Assembly (NCBI RefSeq): GCF_004010195.1
Contig: NC_057719.1
Coordinates: 87,195,317 to 87,259,316 of the forward strand
Source: Chiloscyllium plagiosum
Lineage: Eukaryota
DNA: 64,000 nucleotides
Direction of reading: 5' to 3'
The notes under the pieces are model-generated. The model had not been told where the DNA came from. It saw only the letters and a list, made by a program, of their open reading frames with translations, and made no database searches. The position numbers and the translations under genes are program-made. This document shows positions 61,798 to 64,000 of the stretch, in pieces; the stretch's first letter is position 1; each line of letters opens with the position of its first letter.

Positions 61798-62296
61798 AAT
61801 TAATCTCACGTCACAGAGGCATCAACTGACAGAAAACATTTCCCCTGATTTTACTTTCTCAAAGCCCCTCACAATTTTGAGACCCACTGTCGGATTGCCT
61901 CTGAATTGACTCTGATCTATTGAATGAAAATATCCACCTCCCTGATTTTCCCCAGGTCCTGTTTGCAGCGCCTTGGTACTTGACATCCATTGGATTGATC
62001 CATGTTTATAGTCAAAGTGCTGCATTGGTTAGCTACTCACATTGCAGAATGGGCAATTGGAGAATTCTCTCGCTCTCTCTCCCCCCCCACCCCCACCTTC
62101 AGCTGGAATAGAAGGATTTATAAGAGGTCCTGGGGCAGGATTTGAAACCAGAGCTTCTGGTCTAGAGGTAAGAATGATACACACTGCCCACAAGATCTCC
62201 CAGGGAGAGAATGAATTCCTTCAAAGTACTTCTTCCGATCTATGAATATCACAATCAGCTACAGGGTCAAAGTGTAGTGTAGTCATTGCTATAATG

Positions 62297-62764
62297 CTGT
62301 GGTTCTGTTCGCCGAGCTGGAAGTTTTTGTTGCAAACGTTTCGTCCCCTGTCTAGNNNNNNNNNNNNNNNNNNNNNNNNNNNNNNNNNNNNNNNNNNNNN
62401 NNNNNNTCATGTTGCTTGTCATCTGCGTGTGTGGCTGGTCGTGTCGTTTCGTGGCTAGTTGATGTTCATGGATGCGGATCGTTAGCTGTCTTCCTGTTTG
62501 TCCTATATAGTGTTTTGTGCAGTCCTTGCATGGGATTTTGTACACTACGTTAGTTTTGCTCATGCTGGGTATCAGGTCCTTCGCTCTGGTGAGTTGTTGT
62601 CTGACGGTGGCTGTTGGTTTGTGTGCTGTTATAAGTCCTAGTGGTCGCAGTAGTCTGGCTGTCACCTAGACAGGGGACGAAACGTTTGCAACAAAAACTT
62701 CCAGCTCGGCGAACAGAACCACAGCAATGAGCACCCGAGCTACAAATCTTCTCACAAACTTTGA
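62297..62764. mobile_element. Penelope-like element (family C) with GIY-YIG remnant (minus strand) and inverted ends
   Basis: KTNVVYKIPCKDCTKHYIGQTGRQLTIRIHEH; inverted repeat 62295-62355 vs 62666-62726; TSD TCATTGCTATAATG at 62283-62296 and 62765-62778. Confidence 0.82.
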
Positions 62765-62911
62765 TCATTGCTATAATGTCTAGAAACACAGAAGCTAAGT
62801 TACACACAGCAAGATACCCCAATATAACACTGATAGAAGAAATGGTCTGTTTTAGTGAAGTTATTTGAAGGATTAAGTATTGGCCAGGTGAATATCCTTG
62901 CTTCATATAAA

Positions 62912-63246
62912 TCATAAAATCCCTACAGTTTGGAAACAGGCCATTTTTGCCTAACAAGTCCAACTGACCCTCCGAAGAGCATCCCACCCAAACCCATTCC
63001 CCATTACTCTACATTTCCCATGACTAATGTGCCTAACCTACACATCCCTGAACATATGGGCAATTTAACATGGCCAATTCACCGAACCTGTACATCTTTG
63101 GACTGTGGGAGGAAACCAGAGCACCCAGAGGAAACCCACACAGACATGTGGAGAATGTGCTAAAATCCACACAGTCACCTGAGGCTAGAATTGAACTGGA
63201 GTCCTGGCACTGTGAGGTGGCAGTGCTAACCACTGAGCCACTGTGT
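62912..63246 (-). mobile_element. HE1-type V-SINE
   Basis: Same head and V-domain. Confidence 0.75.
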
Positions 63247-64000
63247 AGCCTTGTTCTTCTTCCAAAATGTTGTGGGGTTACCTGACAGCTGCTTGAGAGG
63301 GAAGACTGGGCAGGGTTTGATCTTTCAGCTTTAAGATGGCACCTATGGCAGTGCATTGTGGGCTTAAATGTCTGGACTGAGAATTGATGCCACAATCTTT
63401 AGACTCGGTCAAGAGTGATCAGACAAGTCCATGCTCTCGTTACTCAAACATCTGACCGTGATTAAGGGCATTCCTTTCTAGTTTCACCTCTTGTCCACAA
63501 TCTATCTCTCCATTGCCTTGATGTCCACAGGACAAAATTGTTTGCCCATCAGGTCTTTTCCTGTTTGTCAAATTTGAATGCTTGTATTATAAGGTGCCTA
63601 AACTGGACTTCATGTGTACCTGTGTCCCAGCCTATAGGAACAAAGAGTTCAATCAATGTAATGCAAAATCCGCAGGGCAGAAAAAGACCCCTTCTACCCA
63701 ATTAGAGAGTGAGTTGACAGCTTTCAGTCAGCCCCTAGGCCTTCCTAGCTCAGGAAGACCGCTAGACGGCAGTGTAGCAGGAGGACACGCAGTGGTGGCC
63801 AGCCATTGAGTATCCTGCCAGGTCCACCCCATCTCCAGCCCAGGGCTCTGGCTTCCACACATTTGGCCTGGGGATATCAGACCACAGTTCAGCCGAAGCA
63901 GCCAAACAAGCTCAGTTTTGAACCAGCAGTTATTTAACTGCAATGAACTGTGCAACATGGTTGTCAATGTCACCAAAATGAAAGAAGTGGTCATTGACTT

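Noticed and set aside
35400..64000. Additional host genes upstream of DLL4 (e.g. VPS18)
   Set aside because: All interpretable ORFs are TE remnants or low-complexity sequence; no spliceable host exons were recognised, although small exons could have been missed.

Overview
Eukaryotic (vertebrate) genomic DNA, most likely from a cartilaginous fish/shark (inferred from HE1-type V-SINEs, CR1 LINEs and the tandem-repeat types). There are two protein-coding genes, both on the minus strand. The first is a complete 11-exon Delta-like 4 gene (DLL4; CDS 35023->5112, 2049 nt, 682 aa, all introns GT-AG with consistent phases). Directly downstream are exons 1-2 of CHAC1, whose last exon appears to lie beyond the left edge. 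This DLL4-CHAC1 order is the same as in mammals. Recognisable regulatory DNA includes an ETS/MEF2/RBPJ/SOX cluster in DLL4 intron 3 resembling the mammalian Dll4 intron-3 arterial enhancer, a perfect ATF4-C/EBP amino-acid response element upstream of CHAC1, and Pumilio/AU-rich elements in the DLL4 3'UTR. The remainder is repetitive: large minisatellite arrays (33-, 37-, 39-, 49- and ~21-bp units), CR1, Rex1 and RTE LINE remnants, SINEs, an internally deleted Gypsy-type LTR element and nested insertions. The most unusual signal is a set of about ten Penelope-like-element-derived insertions from three families. Many are short fold-back palindromes, most are flanked by ~13-15-bp target-site duplications, and they carry minimal hammerhead-ribozyme cores (CTGATGA-stem-GAAA) with covarying stems.
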